From positions 62,001 through 126,000 of the IMG/VR virus record IMGVR_UViG_3300043449_002710: a stretch of 64,000 nucleotides of DNA; one strand, 5' to 3'. Position numbers and translations under genes: made by a program. Positions 30,448-39,343 of this stretch are shown in pieces. Each line of letters begins with the position of its first letter. Position 1 is the stretch's first letter. Under the pieces are notes generated by a model that worked only from the letters and a program-made list of their open reading frames with translations, searched no databases and had not been told where the DNA came from.

Positions 30448-30916
30448 AAACTCTCTCATCATCTTGCGATTTCATTACGGGAACCGAGGTTCTTCAAACC
30501 CGATCATTAGTTCCACGATGGGTCGTGCAGCGGTGATCAACCATGCGTATCAAGGCAAGATGCCGCAGCCCTATACTTTATGGCTATGCCGAATTGATCG
30601 AGAGATTTCAAAAAACAAAGAACGTGGCTGTTTTGTGGTGACCCCGGTTCGAGAAATTGCCCCTGAAAAAGTTCTGAGATTAGTCCCAGGGACTTATGAC
30701 TTGGAGATTCAAAACTATAACGTGATCTGTAGGCCAAAAATTGAGGGGTATTATTGGATCGCACCCAGCTCAATTAAAAAGCTCTACATCAAGTCGGGGC
30801 GAGCAGAAATTCTATATCAGAGCGTGATTGTGCCCCTCAAGATTATCGAGGGGTTACCTGAACTTTCTGGTTATAAGACCGAGGCTGAAGAGGCCGACGA
30901 ATTACCAAAAGATTGA
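30434..30916 (+). CDS. hypothetical protein
   Basis: Internal ATG 30434 of ORF 30338..30916; overlaps the upstream gene end. Confidence 0.55.
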   Translation: MTQIENSLIILRFHYGNRGSSNPIISSTMGRAAVINHAYQGKMPQPYTLWLCRIDREISKNKERGCFVVTPVREIAPEKVLRLVPGTYDLEIQNYNVICRPKIEGYYWIAPSSIKKLYIKSGRAEILYQSVIVPLKIIEGLPELSGYKTEAEEADELPKD

Positions 30917-30949
30917 TTTTCAAGGCGCAGTCAAGGTAACGAGTGCGTC

Positions 30950-31171
30950 ATGGAAAAGACTCAGATTCATTATTGCATTCGCGATCCAGAAACCAATGAA
31001 CCACAAATTCTCATGGTAGATTACTTCACGCATGTCCCAAGAATCGGGGAAACTGTTCTTCTACCCAATCTCGGACGTTTGTATTTAGCTAAGGTTGAAG
31101 AAATCTGTACGCACGTACCACATCGTTTTGTGGCCGTTTTACTGAAGATTTTAAATGAGGTTGAGAATTAA
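30950..31171 (+). CDS. hypothetical protein
   Basis: 73-aa ORF, HVPRIGETV motif. Confidence 0.55.
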   Translation: MEKTQIHYCIRDPETNEPQILMVDYFTHVPRIGETVLLPNLGRLYLAKVEEICTHVPHRFVAVLLKILNEVEN

Positions 31172-31401
31172 GGTTTTTTCTTGGGGTGCAAAATAGCGAC
31201 ACCCTTTTCTTTGAGCATTTCAAACTTGGTCTGCTCGTACATGGCTTCAGCCCCATGTGTCTGGTAGTTCAAAGCAAGCTTAGCGAAAATATCTAAGAAC
31301 TCATTTAACAAAGGATTCTTGGTAACGTCTTCGTCTTCCACCCGGAGGAGTTCCTCTAGGGATGCGCGGAGCTTCCAGTATTTTTTCTCCTGCCAGTTCA
31401 T
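31168..31401 (-). CDS. hypothetical protein
   Basis: 77-aa convergent ORF. Confidence 0.55.
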   Translation of the reverse strand: MNWQEKKYWKLRASLEELLRVEDEDVTKNPLLNEFLDIFAKLALNYQTHGAEAMYEQTKFEMLKEKGVAILHPKKKP

Positions 31402-31560
31402 ATTTAAAAATTAACCCGAAAAGCGACAGATTGTGAATTTGATGCCTTGCGTCGAGTAAATTCACTTGCTTGGGGCGGATTTCTTTCTTACGCTGACTTT
31501 CATAACAGGCCGCACTTAGGCATATCGCCGCATTTAGGCCGCAACAGAAAGGTCGGATTT

Positions 31561-32847
31561 ATGTCGATGTCCATGTCCATGGACGATAGTGGTGAACTGC
31601 GCAAACAGAAGTTCGGAGAACGCGAACCGCGCTGGGATGAAAAAATCAAGTGGTACGAGATCCCAGATGATGCCACGCCACACGCTTATCGCTTAATCGC
31701 TCGCCCCGTTTACTACGCTCAGCACTGGATTCAAACCCGCAAGCAAGATGGCACGAATGGAAAACCATTTGCTGCTCTCTGCAAGAATTACGACTCCGAG
31801 AACAGCAAGTTCTTCGACAACGGCTGTAAGATTTGTGAGTTTGTTGATACGGCTTACAAGTCGATGCGTGAGGCGGAAAAGAATAAGCCTCCGAAGAAAG
31901 ACGAGAGCGGAAAAATCATTCCACCGAGGCTCCCTGACAACATCAGCCGTCTTCGTAGACGTGTGACCATGGCTCACAACTGCATTGTTCGCGAAGACCA
32001 AGAACAGGGTCCTCCCTCGAATAACGCGACTAACTGGTCTTTTGTCCATGCAATCAGGCTCCCTCAAGGTGTGGCTGACTCTGTCGTGGATCTGCAAGTC
32101 AAATTCGGGGCTCCCAATCCGGCTGGAGGCAAGTATGGTTTTAGCCACAAGGATTTCGGAAAAGATATCTACCTGAGCTACAACTCCCAGGCCGGAACCC
32201 CAACAGCTATGTATAGTGTGGTTGTGGGTCCAAAAGATCCGCCCACTCCTTTGACTGCTGATGAGTTGAAACACGGCCCGCATCTGGTCAATTTCTTGGA
32301 GCATCTGAACGGCAAGTACCCCAAGGATGAAACCCTTGAGGAAGCCTTGCGTAGAAATGGCTATTACGATTGGCTTGAAAAGATGAATGCTGCAGCCAAT
32401 CTGAGTCAGATTGAAAGGGTTTCTCCACCTGTTCAGGTTACTGCTCAACCCCAAGCGCACAGTGCTTTTGATGACGGTGGTGGAATGACTCATTCGTCTG
32501 GGGTAGCTCCAGCTCCCGCTAAGATGGGAAATTTCCAAGCTCCGCCCGAAGAAGATGACGTTCCGATGGATTTCCCACCGGTACAACAAGCTAAACCCGC
32601 CCCTCAAAAAGCTGCTGCTTCGGCACCAGCTTCCAACGGAAGCGATATCCAAACCAAACTTCAGGCTTTTGCAAACGAAACGGGTAAGGCCTTAACGGCT
32701 TTCGAGAAGGATTTATCCGATGTCAGTTTGAAATTTTATAAACCTGGATTGAACGTTCCTGCGTGCTTTACTCAATACTCAGCGAACGACAAAGCGGTTT
32801 GTAAAAAATGCCCAATCCGTCTGGATTGCATGATGACGGATAACTAA
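31561..32847 (+). CDS. single-stranded DNA-binding protein, T4 gp32-like
   Basis: Y..QHWI...G.PF...C.NY....CKICE pattern, KDFGKDI.L, low-complexity Pro/Ala linker; located upstream of recA. Confidence 0.65.
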   Translation: MSMSMSMDDSGELRKQKFGEREPRWDEKIKWYEIPDDATPHAYRLIARPVYYAQHWIQTRKQDGTNGKPFAALCKNYDSENSKFFDNGCKICEFVDTAYKSMREAEKNKPPKKDESGKIIPPRLPDNISRLRRRVTMAHNCIVREDQEQGPPSNNATNWSFVHAIRLPQGVADSVVDLQVKFGAPNPAGGKYGFSHKDFGKDIYLSYNSQAGTPTAMYSVVVGPKDPPTPLTADELKHGPHLVNFLEHLNGKYPKDETLEEALRRNGYYDWLEKMNAAANLSQIERVSPPVQVTAQPQAHSAFDDGGGMTHSSGVAPAPAKMGNFQAPPEEDDVPMDFPPVQQAKPAPQKAAASAPASNGSDIQTKLQAFANETGKALTAFEKDLSDVSLKFYKPGLNVPACFTQYSANDKAVCKKCPIRLDCMMTDN

Positions 32848-32858
32848 GGGGAATTGTC

Positions 32859-33167
32859 TTGGGACTGTCTCGGAACGCAACTGCAGCGGAAGTCTTGAAG
32901 TATATCGAAACTAAGCCTGTGGCGATCCTGCTTTTTGTGGATCAAACCAAGTTTAATGTCGATTATTCGAATTTCCCTTGGGTGAAATCCGAGGCAGTCA
33001 TTGTGGATATCGACTCGGAGATTCTCGATACTCTTCAGATAGGGAAAGTTCCTCAATTCCGATTTTTTGTGCGTGGGAATGAAGTGGCTTCCTTGGTGGG
33101 GACGGTATCTTATGAAGAATACTCTGAGCTTAAGACCAAAGTCTTAGGTAAGACACGGAGCTATTAA
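32859..33167 (+). CDS. thioredoxin-fold protein lacking CxxC
   Basis: VDID....LQIGKVPQFRFF..GNEV..LVG thioredoxin C-terminal signature; no Cys in the protein. Confidence 0.65.
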   Translation: MGLSRNATAAEVLKYIETKPVAILLFVDQTKFNVDYSNFPWVKSEAVIVDIDSEILDTLQIGKVPQFRFFVRGNEVASLVGTVSYEEYSELKTKVLGKTRSY

Positions 33168-33170
33168 ATC

Positions 33171-35549
33171 ATGGCAAAAACTAAGAAAGAAAAGGCTGAG
33201 TCTGCTCGCGAAGAGCGGTCTAAGGCCAGGGAAAAGAACGCCTCGAAGGCACAAGCAGATCTGATCAAGGAATACCGCGCTAAGATGCAAGCCTCGATCA
33301 ATCAGATCACCAAGAAACTCGATTGCAAGGCAATGGGTTTTGAACCACCCCAAGGAACCAATGGCGCGGTGAGCACAGGGGTTCTTTGCGTGGATCTGAT
33401 CACGGGTGGGGGGTTCCCTAAGCACCGTATGTCCACGGTGGCTGGAGACTCAGGCGCAGGCAAATCCACTTTAGTAGGCAAATCCGAAGGTACGGCTCTT
33501 CAGACGGGATTGATCTGCCATCATCTCGATCTCGAAGGCGCGGCTGACTATACCTGGATGCTCAAAAACGGAACTGACATGAATCTGTATTTGGGTAAAA
33601 GAGGCCAACCCAAGACTCTTTATTACATCCCAGATCTTCCATCTGGAGATGCTTCTTTCAGGTATATGTCTCGCGTCTTGGATGAAGCGATTGCAAACGG
33701 GGCTGAAGACCTCCCGTTTCTTTCAAATATCTTTTATCAAGACTCGATCCCGGCTTGTATCCCAGAGTCCATGCTTGAGAACGATGAAAAGGGCAATTCC
33801 CCCGACCTTGCGGTATTGACCTCTCGCGAAATTCCTCGCGTTAGAATGAAGCTGAAAAAAGCCAACGCAGCCTATGTTGCGATCAATCAAATCCGCGAGA
33901 ATCCCCGTGCGATGTTTGGTTGTTTGCATGGAGATACTCGAATTCGATTCGTAGATGGGCGAGTCCTTAAAATTAGGGATATTGTAAATCAAAAAATTGA
34001 AGGGGATATTTGGAGTTTCGATGAAAAATCTCAAACTCTAGTGCCTAAGAAAATTTTGAATTGGTTCAATAATGGCTATAGCTCTAGAGAACATTGGGTT
34101 TCGATTCGAACAGAATCTTTAGGTTCTCAACGTGGACATTATGACATTACGGTTACCCGTAACCATAAAATGCTTACCCCTTCTGGGGAATGGGTAGAAG
34201 CAGCTAGTCTCAAAGTAGGCGATAATTTGGTTAGCCAATACGAGGATCGAATTAACGGTACGTTGAGATCCTTTTTACTAGGTATGGCTGTAGGGGATTC
34301 GTCTCTGCACGAAAAATATAATCGTGGAGCCCTCACCCTTTGTAATAGGGAGCAACCTGAATACTTAGAATGGAAAGTAGACAAGTTAACCAAAGCGGGT
34401 ATTGAGTTCAAACAATACGGGGATCATGTTTTTATCTCTAAGCCACGCGCCGACTTTGAAATTTTAAGGCGGGAAACAACCAGAAGAAACCCGCTCAAGG
34501 TCTTGGATCAAATGACACCGCTGAGTATGGCTCTCTGGTTTATGGATGATGGATGTTATCATGGGAATACCCCGTTTTATAAAAATGAAAAACCTTATTT
34601 CAAACATGATGGATTCCTTTCTTTTAAACGCCTGAGAGAAGATCCGACCACTTTGGCTGGGATTGAAAAGTTTTTTAACCAAATGGGTTACTCAGGTTCA
34701 CTTTCTTCAGAGGGGGGATATCTTTTCAGTGCCGAAGGTTTTAGGAAACTCAGTCAGGATATCAGTCCGTTTGTTCCGCCTTGCATGTCTTATAAGCTCC
34801 TTCCAGAGCATAGGAATAATTACCAGGACTTTGACCTTTCTTTTGATGTGAAACAAAAAGTAGTCCCGGTAAAAATTCTTTGGGTTCGAGAGATTTCCGA
34901 CAAGAAGTCAAAAAGCTTGGGGAAATTCGATTTAGAGATTGAAGGAACCCATAATTATGTCGCTTGTAGTCAATACGGCGGTGTGGTTGTTCACAACTCG
35001 CCAATCTATGAGCCCGGGGGAAACGCACCTACTTTCTATGCGGATTTGAAGCTTTGGCTCACTCGAACCGGAAAAGCGAAAGCTTTGGACTTCAAAGGCG
35101 AGCACAAGATCACGCCCAAGGATTCCAAACTCTTTAAAGCCATGGGGGTTTCGATCGAGCAAAACCCAGATGGCACGGAAGACCGCTACTTCTACACTCA
35201 CGTCAAGACCGTCAAAAACCGAGTCTTCCCACCTTTGAAGGAAACTTACTTCAGAATGTGGATTGAAGAAAACGGTGGGGTGGGTCGCGGCATCGATCCG
35301 GTCTGGGATGTGATTCGTTTCTTTGAAGAGATCGGAATGTTGACTTTCGAGAGTATGAAAGAAGTTGTGCTCAAAGGTCAGATCTATGATTACTATGATC
35401 TGAAAAAAGAGATCCTCTCCAAGCCCGATCTTTATGAAGAAGCACGTTCACTTCTGGATTCAGGCAAAGCCTTCGATCTTTACTTCAACCGCTTGAGAGG
35501 CGGTGGTTTGGAAGTCGGTAACCCAGACCAAGAAGACGACGAAGAATAA
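33171..35549 (+). CDS. recA: RecA/UvsX-like recombinase, intein-containing
   Basis: STG...VDL..GGG.P, Walker A GDSGAGKST, Walker B-like FYQDSI, INQIREN..AMFG|SPIYEPGGNA..FYA. Confidence 0.92.
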   Translation: MAKTKKEKAESAREERSKAREKNASKAQADLIKEYRAKMQASINQITKKLDCKAMGFEPPQGTNGAVSTGVLCVDLITGGGFPKHRMSTVAGDSGAGKSTLVGKSEGTALQTGLICHHLDLEGAADYTWMLKNGTDMNLYLGKRGQPKTLYYIPDLPSGDASFRYMSRVLDEAIANGAEDLPFLSNIFYQDSIPACIPESMLENDEKGNSPDLAVLTSREIPRVRMKLKKANAAYVAINQIRENPRAMFGCLHGDTRIRFVDGRVLKIRDIVNQKIEGDIWSFDEKSQTLVPKKILNWFNNGYSSREHWVSIRTESLGSQRGHYDITVTRNHKMLTPSGEWVEAASLKVGDNLVSQYEDRINGTLRSFLLGMAVGDSSLHEKYNRGALTLCNREQPEYLEWKVDKLTKAGIEFKQYGDHVFISKPRADFEILRRETTRRNPLKVLDQMTPLSMALWFMDDGCYHGNTPFYKNEKPYFKHDGFLSFKRLREDPTTLAGIEKFFNQMGYSGSLSSEGGYLFSAEGFRKLSQDISPFVPPCMSYKLLPEHRNNYQDFDLSFDVKQKVVPVKILWVREISDKKSKSLGKFDLEIEGTHNYVACSQYGGVVVHNSPIYEPGGNAPTFYADLKLWLTRTGKAKALDFKGEHKITPKDSKLFKAMGVSIEQNPDGTEDRYFYTHVKTVKNRVFPPLKETYFRMWIEENGGVGRGIDPVWDVIRFFEEIGMLTFESMKEVVLKGQIYDYYDLKKEILSKPDLYEEARSLLDSGKAFDLYFNRLRGGGLEVGNPDQEDDEE
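33921..34997 (+). mobile_element. intein with LAGLIDADG homing endonuclease, 359 aa
   Basis: Starts C(LHGDTRI), ends VVHN followed by Ser; block B VTRNHKMLT; endonuclease blocks LLGMAVGDS and ALWFMDDG. Confidence 0.93.
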
Positions 35550-35584
35550 TTATTCTCTGCCTTAAGCCACAGAGGCAAGAGATG

Positions 35585-35633
35585 TGGCGGCTCGGCGTTT
35601 ACTTTCCTTTCTTCCGCTGGGCCGCCATTTTTT
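35585..35633 (+). terminator. probable Rho-independent terminator after recA
   Basis: TGGCGGCTCGGCG / CGCTGGGCCGCCA 13-bp stem with two G:U pairs, followed by TTTTTT. Confidence 0.6.
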
Positions 35634-35705
35634 GGGAAGTAGCTTATATGGGAGAGCACGGAGCCTAGGGCCGATGAGCGGATTCGAGCGCCGCCTTCCC
35701 AACCA
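35633..35705 (+). tRNA. degenerate tRNA-like element (pseudo-tRNA), shortened anticodon arm, encoded CCA
   Basis: Acceptor TGGGAAG/CTTCCCA + A + CCA; D-arm GCTT/GAGC; T-loop TTCGAGC; anticodon arm only 15 nt. Confidence 0.65.
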
Positions 35706-35720
35706 TTTTTAGTAAAAGAG

Positions 35721-36215
35721 ATGAGAGAGGAAATAAAAATGGAAGTTACGATTGATGTCAGAAAACTGATGACTACACTTGAGGTCATGAACCCCGAAGC
35801 CGATTTCACGCTCACCAAAGTTTATCTCTTTGACTTGGCGATGGGAAAAGAAGCTGAAGTTAAAACCCCTGCCAAGCGTGGTCGCCCCAAGAAAATTGAA
35901 GAACCTCAGATCGAAGAGTTTGTTGAAGAAGAAAAAGAACCTGAGCACGAGCAGTTGGAGCTGAATAAGATCTTATCTCCTAAGCCCAAGGCCCATTTGC
36001 CCAAAACACAAGTTGTGGTGAAAACGAATAAGACCTTAGGCAAGCCTACTCGTGAGGAAACCTTGGCCAAGAGAGCTGAGATGGAAAGACTTCGTAATAT
36101 TCCGACCAAGGAGCTTTTAGCTCAGCTCACTTCGGAAGTCCCCCGCGATGGCAATCAGTTCACAAGCGAAGGCATGGATAGCATTAGCCCAGGTGGGGAT
36201 ATTGAAATCGGTTAG
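35721..36215 (+). CDS. hypothetical protein with AT-hook-like KRGRPKK
   Basis: 164 aa, charged, low complexity. Confidence 0.65.
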   Translation: MREEIKMEVTIDVRKLMTTLEVMNPEADFTLTKVYLFDLAMGKEAEVKTPAKRGRPKKIEEPQIEEFVEEEKEPEHEQLELNKILSPKPKAHLPKTQVVVKTNKTLGKPTREETLAKRAEMERLRNIPTKELLAQLTSEVPRDGNQFTSEGMDSISPGGDIEIG

Positions 36216-36340
36216 TTTTTAATGAGGGGGGAATATGACCACACGTGAACAATTTAGGGAAATGATGAAACAAAGACCGGCTTCCACAGAGAAAACCCCC
36301 ATCCTAGGGGTGTACGAGGAAGAAGAAAAAGAAGAAAGAA

Positions 36341-36601
36341 ATGACCAAGGAGATCAACAACCTACCGAAGAAAAAACCGATGGGTAAAAGAAAAAGAAAT
36401 GAAACCGTGGATGATCTAGCCGCTTGGTTTATCGTTTTCGCTGAAGCCCACTACAACGGTCAAGACGCAAAGTGTAAAAGCATTTTGACTAACGTGCAAG
36501 CGATGCTAGAACAAGGCTTAGAATTACCGACCTCAGTTGCTGAAAAGATTGAAAACTATCGCTTAAGAATGATGATCCCCTTGGGGAATGATCCACATTG
36601 A
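36341..36601 (+). CDS. hypothetical protein
   Basis: ORF track; start uncertain. Confidence 0.5.
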   Translation: MTKEINNLPKKKPMGKRKRNETVDDLAAWFIVFAEAHYNGQDAKCKSILTNVQAMLEQGLELPTSVAEKIENYRLRMMIPLGNDPH

Positions 36602-36610
36602 GAAGTATTT

Positions 36611-37312
36611 ATGCCCATTAACTTACCTGCTCCGCATCAAGACAAAAGGTTGAAGTGTGAAACCTGCAAATGGATGTACGTAGGTTACGAAGGCAAGACG
36701 TGTCGCCAACTCAGGCAAGTGGAGTTGAGCACGCCAGCTTGTATTGAATACCAGATTTATCGGGCGACCCCTTTTCTCGCAGTGGAGCAAGACAAGTGGA
36801 TCAAGGAGATGGAAGCTTCCATCGAGGTTTTTTCTAAAGACTACTTGAAAGGCAAAGAGCGAGAACTAGAAACTTACCTGATGTATGAAGACTTCGACGA
36901 GAAAGATCCGCGTTCGTACATGAGCGAGGAGACGATGCTTCATCTTTGTCACCGCTTTGAAGTGTGCCAGAATTATATGGAGCGGGTCATGGAGTTAAAG
37001 AATGAGCTAGGCAGTAAGAAAGCTCAGCTTCTGAGTCTCCAAAAAGACGCAAGCGCTTATCTCTTCACCCAATACACGGAGCAGCTCAGGGCTTTGAAAA
37101 ACGAATCCGAGCGGTCCAATTTTTATAGGAACGCCATGCCCAAGCTTTCAAGAGCGCTCGATGAAATAGAGGCGGTCTTAGAGCAGGTGGTTTCTCTGCA
37201 AACCAATCTCAAAGACACCTACTTTTCAATGCGCCAAACCCAAGAGGGGGCTTTGGAGATCTGGAAGTCTCGGGTTCAAAGCCTAGATATTGCCAAACGC
37301 GCCCATCTCTAA
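36611..37312 (+). CDS. Cys-rich N-terminus plus long helical domain; possibly a UvsY-like mediator
   Basis: CETC..C...C cluster then coiled coil; near recA. The UvsY assignment is inference only. Confidence 0.45.
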   Translation: MPINLPAPHQDKRLKCETCKWMYVGYEGKTCRQLRQVELSTPACIEYQIYRATPFLAVEQDKWIKEMEASIEVFSKDYLKGKERELETYLMYEDFDEKDPRSYMSEETMLHLCHRFEVCQNYMERVMELKNELGSKKAQLLSLQKDASAYLFTQYTEQLRALKNESERSNFYRNAMPKLSRALDEIEAVLEQVVSLQTNLKDTYFSMRQTQEGALEIWKSRVQSLDIAKRAHL

Positions 37313-37321
37313 AAAGGGGTT

Positions 37322-37675
37322 ATGTCAAAAACCGAAGACGTGAAATTTTATTACGATCAAGCTCTCGACTTTTTAGCCAAAGCCAATCATACAAAAGCGG
37401 GGGAATACGTCAAAGACGTGTTGGTGGAGAACTGCGAGGCGGAGAAGGAATGGCATTCTGGCTTGACCTCTTTTCTAACCTTCATCCAGCAAAACGGTCT
37501 TGAGATCGAAGCCCCCACCAAATGGATGCAAGAAGTCGGTAGCAAGCTTTTTGAGATCCGATTTTTGATGAAAATGATTCATGCTTCGGGTCTAGGCAAG
37601 TATGAAGAACAAATCCTGAATTACGAAATCGAAAGACGCTGGAAGCCTGGATCTGGTCAACAAGGTAACAAATGA
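37322..37675 (+). CDS. hypothetical protein
   Basis: 117-aa ORF, AGGGG RBS. Confidence 0.6.
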   Translation: MSKTEDVKFYYDQALDFLAKANHTKAGEYVKDVLVENCEAEKEWHSGLTSFLTFIQQNGLEIEAPTKWMQEVGSKLFEIRFLMKMIHASGLGKYEEQILNYEIERRWKPGSGQQGNK

Positions 37676-37998
37676 ATTTCTTTATTGCGATGCTTTGGGC
37701 TTTTTCTGGAAGAACCACCGACTGTTTCCTTGTCGGTTCTGTCTATTTGAGATTTGAAAACGATGACCACATTGTAGGCACCGTAGGCGAGCAAGAGATC
37801 TCCTTAGGTAGATACTATGATTTTGTCTATGGCGATATCAAAGGTGCAGAGACTCGATTGGTGATTGAGCATTCAACAAACGGGGATCGGCTCAGGGGAC
37901 GTGTCGGAAATTATCACGTGGATTGGAAAATCAATACCGCAAGAAATATGGTTTTAGACTACCAGCCTTGTGTCAATGAAGGCGAGGTTCTGCCGTGA
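37672..37998 (+). CDS. hypothetical protein
   Basis: 108-aa ORF with overlapping start/stop. Confidence 0.6.
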   Translation: MNFFIAMLWAFSGRTTDCFLVGSVYLRFENDDHIVGTVGEQEISLGRYYDFVYGDIKGAETRLVIEHSTNGDRLRGRVGNYHVDWKINTARNMVLDYQPCVNEGEVLP

Positions 37999-38465
37999 AA
38001 CCCCAAGTCGTTTTGACTTTTGGTGGCGCTTGGGCGGATCTTTTTGAGGCTTCCTTGGCCAAGAAGCTTGCTGGGATCGTGCATCTACCCATCGGTAACC
38101 CGAGGTTTCAACTCACCCCAGAAACATTAGAGCAGATTGTTGGCGAGAAAAAAGAAAATGCGGATTCTATTTTAGAAAGAATCAATTCCTCTTCTCGGCA
38201 AGCCTCCGAGATTCTCTTTCGGTTGAGCTGGTTTATGTCATTCGCCGATATGGTTTTTATCGACTGTGCGCTTCTCGATACCGCGATTGGCCATCAGATT
38301 TTAATCGACGCGCAACGGATGGAGGTCCCCACCTTTGGGGTTGGGGTGGACAATCGATCCTCCCCTTTGGCAGCAGCTTTCTTGAAAGCGATTGTCTATC
38401 CCTCTCAAGCCGAGGACTTGGTGAGATTGGTTTTACAGCAAACGGCGCAAGATGGATCTTTATAA
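37995..38465 (+). CDS. hypothetical protein, possible nucleoside-deoxyribosyltransferase-like fold
   Basis: ADMVFID....DTAIG.Q...A....VPTFGV resembles the NDT-family core but lacks the usual Glu. Confidence 0.4.
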   Translation: MKPQVVLTFGGAWADLFEASLAKKLAGIVHLPIGNPRFQLTPETLEQIVGEKKENADSILERINSSSRQASEILFRLSWFMSFADMVFIDCALLDTAIGHQILIDAQRMEVPTFGVGVDNRSSPLAAAFLKAIVYPSQAEDLVRLVLQQTAQDGSL

Positions 38466-38787
38466 ACATTTCAACCGTACTCGGATGGTGGTTTGGATCA
38501 GGATTTCGGCTGATCCCCATGCCAAGGCTCGCGGTTTCAGTATTGAGAACCGAGAGTTAAGGGTGAAAGGCTACGAGCCTATTTTCGGTACGATGGAAGA
38601 CTTCAGAGGCTCGACCATGCCTGGGAAGTTCTGGGTAGTGGAAGCTTCCGAAGTTTACCGAGTCATCCCAGAGATGAGAAAGTTTCCTATCCGAGAAGAG
38701 GCTTGGTTTTTTCCTTTTGAGTTTTGTGATTCTTTTGTAAGACCTGATTATTACTTGAGCACTAAAATCGTCCATCACGAACTATAA
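38452..38787 (+). CDS. hypothetical protein
   Basis: 111-aa ORF overlapping the upstream gene. Confidence 0.55.
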   Translation: MDLYKHFNRTRMVVWIRISADPHAKARGFSIENRELRVKGYEPIFGTMEDFRGSTMPGKFWVVEASEVYRVIPEMRKFPIREEAWFFPFEFCDSFVRPDYYLSTKIVHHEL

Positions 38788-38801
38788 ACGGTCTTATTTT
38801 T

Positions 38802-39200
38802 ATGGGTATGAAAAACAGAGCCTACTTAGCCATGGATTTGGATCGCTTGATTGAAGAGCATAAAAAACTGGTCAAAGATCTAGAATCGGCTGACGAGAAA
38901 GTTCTAAAAGATGAACTGACCGAACAGAAAAAAGAATTAGAGCACTATATCGATTTAAGGCGGCAGCACACGCATAGCGCCGAAGAAGTGTTTTCGGTTC
39001 TTGTTCAGAAAGTAAATCCAAAGACGCATCGCAGAGAATGGGCCTTGCTCTCCAAGAACAAGGACAAAGTGCTCAAGTGGTTCGGGGTGCAAAAACCTTC
39101 CGAAGAGACGGTTAAAAAAGAAGAGAAACGAGTTCAGTTCTGGAAAAGTCGTTCCCATCTTTACCCCACTTTAAGTCGATTGATGTCTGAAGTTTATTGA
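38802..39200 (+). CDS. conserved phage hypothetical protein
   Basis: W.LLSK...K.L.WF....E..K.E..VQFWK motif seen in large-phage proteins; TTATTTTTA upstream. Confidence 0.65.
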   Translation: MGMKNRAYLAMDLDRLIEEHKKLVKDLESADEKVLKDELTEQKKELEHYIDLRRQHTHSAEEVFSVLVQKVNPKTHRREWALLSKNKDKVLKWFGVQKPSEETVKKEEKRVQFWKSRSHLYPTLSRLMSEVY

Positions 39201-39207
39201 GTCTTGT

Positions 39208-39293
39208 GGAGAGATACCCAAGCGGCCAAAGGGACCAGACTGTAAATCTGGCGGCGTATGCCTTCGAAGGTTCGAATCCTTCTCTCTCCACCA
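39208..39293 (+). tRNA. trnY: tRNA-Tyr (GTA)
   Basis: GGAGAGA/TCTCTCC acceptor, CCAGA-CTGTAAA-TCTGG anticodon arm, long variable arm, GGTTCGAATCC, encoded CCA. Confidence 0.97.
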
Positions 39294-39343
39294 TTAAAGT
39301 TGTCTGTTTCAATTTTAAAATTTTATGTTAGTTCTTTTGGTGT

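Noticed and set aside
31693-32652. 319-aa minus-strand ORF
   Set aside because: Antisense shadow of the SSB gene with no recognisable motifs
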